Notes under the pieces: model-generated
Seen by the model: only the letters and a program-made list of their open reading frames with translations
What the model was told of the DNA's origin: nothing
The model's database searches: none
Shown here: positions 26,986-28,726 of the stretch, piece by piece
How the letters are laid out: each line of letters opens with the position of its first letter
Numbering within the stretch: position 1 is the stretch's first letter
Virus record (IMG/VR): IMGVR_UViG_3300009152_000160
Location: 1-28,726 of that record
DNA length: 28,726 nucleotides
Source of the DNA: a virus
Lineage: Duplodnaviria; Caudoviricetes
Strand: one strand, 5' to 3'
Made by a program: the position numbers and the translations under genes

Positions 26986-27004
26986 ATTTATAATGATTAT
27001 AAAT
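26986..27004. promoter_or_regulatory. Perfect 9-1-9 palindrome, Fur/PerR-box-like
   Basis: ATTTATAAT-G-ATTATAAAT. Confidence 0.55.
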
Positions 27005-27287
27005 AAGGAATAAGGATAAAATATGAACATAATAAAAGCTTATGTATAGAAAACGCAATAATTTGAACATAATAAAATAAGGAAATAGCCTGAAAAAATT
27101 GCAAAAAAATCAGGATATAGCCTGAAAAAACCTTAAATATACTTCTCAAAAAATAGTTATTATGTTAGATATATCATACATTATGTCATTATTCTAGCTA
27201 TAATGTTGGTTAAAACTAACTTTATAGTGTAAAATTCTACAAAGATTTGTGACAAGAATGTCAAGTTTATTACATAAAAAACTAGAC

Positions 27288-27328
27288 AAAAAAAACCCTT
27301 GCTAAACTAACCAAAGATGCAAGGGTTT
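27288..27328 (-). terminator. Rho-independent terminator ending the late/lysis transcript
   Basis: AAACCCTTGC, 16-nt loop, GCAAGGGTTT followed by a T run. Confidence 0.85.
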
Positions 27329-27354
27329 CACTAACCAATAAACTTGTCGCTAAA

Positions 27355-28131
27355 TTAAGAAATATTTTTCTTTATTATTCTATACTTTACCCAATCTTGA
27401 TAAGTTTTATTATTGACCTTGAAATATTTATTACAAGGGTTACATACTAGCCAATGATGGATTGTACCTGCTGAGGTCGTGACCTTCTTATTATATCGTA
27501 CATTGTTAGTGCTACATTGAGGACATTCGTATTTATCTCCACCTGTTAATACTGCGTAATTAACTTTAGATTGTGTGTAAGTGTTGAGCTTATCAAAGAC
27601 AGCCTGTAAGACGTTAACATCCATCTTACAATATGCTACCATTTTAGCCATCGCTTCCGGTGATTTTTTAAATACGATGTCTTTCCACAAGTCTAATCCT
27701 CCTGTATCCATCTTTTTACCTACTCCTAAAAACTTGGCGATATAGTCAAGTTTATTAGAGTTAAAGTTAAAGTATCTTTTAGCCTCTTTAAGAGTGTCAA
27801 TTGTATTATGTATTGGAGGCATTGGTAAATCGTGAAAGATGCATCTAGTTCTAAGCCATTTCATATCAAACCTATCACCATTGTGAGCTACAATTTCGTT
27901 TGCTTGTGCCATAACCTTTAAGAACTTCTTTAGCATTGCTTTATCAGACTGCTTACTATCCCATTCTAAGCTATGTACTTCGTCTTCACCTTCCCATTTA
28001 TAGCAGATGCATATAATGGCTCTTTCGTGAATGATGTCACCGGGGTTGATGGTTAGATTATAACCACTTCGCCAAAATATTCCAACATTAAAACTAGTTT
28101 CTATGTCGAAAAACAATCTTTTTCTTATCAT
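27355..28131 (-). CDS. DEDD/RNase H-like 3'-5' exonuclease with C-terminal Zn ribbon
   Basis: FDIETS, AHNGDRFD and YCKMDV motifs; CPQC...CNPC. Confidence 0.85.
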   Translation of the reverse strand: MIRKRLFFDIETSFNVGIFWRSGYNLTINPGDIIHERAIICICYKWEGEDEVHSLEWDSKQSDKAMLKKFLKVMAQANEIVAHNGDRFDMKWLRTRCIFHDLPMPPIHNTIDTLKEAKRYFNFNSNKLDYIAKFLGVGKKMDTGGLDLWKDIVFKKSPEAMAKMVAYCKMDVNVLQAVFDKLNTYTQSKVNYAVLTGGDKYECPQCSTNNVRYNKKVTTSAGTIHHWLVCNPCNKYFKVNNKTYQDWVKYRIIKKNIS

Positions 28132-28574
28132 TAAAAAGGTAGATATAGTTTAAGGAGTAGTTTAGTGATAAAAGATAGAAGTACTCCTATAATGAAGCCC
28201 CAAACTAGGAGTATCCAATTAGTTTTTGATTTTTGCTTTTTTTCAGTCTTGTAAATATACTTGTATTTAAGTACATCTTGTTTAAGCACCTTAGTCTTAT
28301 AACGATATTCTATCCTAGTTTGAAATCTCGTTTTTGGCAAATAAACATTCTTAAAAAAAATAACCGAGTCCTTAGTCGTAACTACTTTTTCCCAAACAAT
28401 TGTATCGTTTACTATTATAGGAATTGAATCTATTGTTGTAATTCTTATCGTGTCGCTATCCTGAATCAATTTTAAGCCGTGTTTAAGAGCTTTTTTGTAG
28501 TGGTATTGTGCCTTGCGTTCACTTGAGCAATTAAAGAGCGTTAAAACGCTTAAAAAGACTATTAGTTTTTTCAT
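28131..28574 (-). CDS. Lipoprotein with C-terminal TM helix; candidate unimolecular spanin
   Basis: Signal peptide ending LFNC (Cys16), beta-rich middle, hydrophobic C-terminal WILLVWGFIIGVLLSFI; directly after the endolysin. Confidence 0.7.
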   Translation of the reverse strand: MKKLIVFLSVLTLFNCSSERKAQYHYKKALKHGLKLIQDSDTIRITTIDSIPIIVNDTIVWEKVVTTKDSVIFFKNVYLPKTRFQTRIEYRYKTKVLKQDVLKYKYIYKTEKKQKSKTNWILLVWGFIIGVLLSFITKLLLKLYLPF

Positions 28575-28726
28575 AAGTTTTGTAACATTTGTATCATTCT
28601 AGGACAAGGGTAAATATCACTCTTGTCTTTTCTTACTGAATTATGAGTAAAGATTCCGTTTTCCCCTCGCAAAGCTCTTTTGTCTATATCAAATATAGTA
28701 GAATAGTAAGTGCGAGGTATCTTATA
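28571..28726 (-). CDS. Endolysin amidase, 3' end (…KSDIYPCPRMIQMLQNL*)
   Basis: In-frame continuation across the circular junction; TGA at 28573-28571 overlaps the ATG of the next gene (ATGA). Confidence 0.9.
   Translation of the reverse strand, partial: YKIPRTYYSTIFDIDKRALRGENGIFTHNSVRKDKSDIYPCPRMIQMLQNL
28604..28726 (+). repeat. Terminal direct repeat, right copy (circular assembly overlap)
   Basis: Identical to 1-123. Confidence 0.97.

Larger units (their letters stand above)
1..28726. mobile_element. Complete tailed dsDNA bacteriophage genome (Caudoviricetes, likely siphovirus), probable Bacteroidota host
   Basis: Terminase, portal, capsid, tail, lysis and replication genes are present; the ends overlap by 123 bp; no host genes; TAnnTTTG promoters. 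Confidence 0.95.

Noticed and set aside
27010-27130. Mini CRISPR array
   Set aside because: Repeats are only 14-21 bp, two copies each, of different sequence; no cas genes.
27143-27170. dif-like XerCD site (TTATGTTAGAT resembles the XerD arm)
   Set aside because: No plausible XerC arm at 6-bp spacing; the nearby CATAA-N7-TTATG has the wrong spacer.
2050-28427. Shadow ORFs from the track (starts 2050, 2085, 2482, 3297, 9058, 9703, 10288, 10858, 11978, 13725, 17158, 19680, 19871, 20494, 21486, 25345, 26590, 28233)
   Set aside because: They are antisense or out of frame within well-supported genes and have no recognisable motifs.
1-28726. Stop-codon reassignment, diversity-generating retroelement, introns or inteins, tRNA genes
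   Set aside because: Genes are intact and densely packed under code 11; no reverse transcriptase, TR/VR pair, interrupted gene or cloverleaf was seen (not tool-verified).

Overview
The window is a complete, circularly assembled genome of a small tailed dsDNA phage: about 28,603 bp plus a 123-bp terminal overlap (1-123 = 28604-28726). It is probably a siphovirus of a Bacteroidota (Flavobacteriales-like) host, inferred from TAnnTTTG promoters, A-rich leaders without Shine-Dalgarno sites and a DUF3127-type SSB. Nearly all genes are on the minus strand. In transcription order they are: tiny early ORFs; a replication and recombination module (DnaA-C-like HTH, initiator with internal iterons, SF4 helicase, ABC-ATPase/GNAT fusion, NinG, ERF, YqaJ exonuclease, SSB); an ECF-sigma-like gene; terminase; a tail module in near-reversed order; head genes; portal; and a lysis cassette (holin, an amidase spanning the junction, a unimolecular-spanin-like lipoprotein), followed by a DEDD exonuclease. 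I saw no integrase, polymerase, primase, tRNA or CRISPR array. The most interesting signals are non-coding: (i) a bipartite late-promoter motif WACA-N16-YAATATAG in five exact-spacing copies, paired with a phage sigma factor; (ii) a terminator-loop/3'-UTR RNA complementary to a repeated early-gene leader, a candidate antisense early-to-late switch; (iii) a 140-bp element present twice in inverted orientation; (iv) a packed array of different operator-like palindromes next to a Fur-like box; (v) apparent genome-wide absence of GATC and CCAG/CTGG. All protein calls come from motif recognition by eye, not from database searches.
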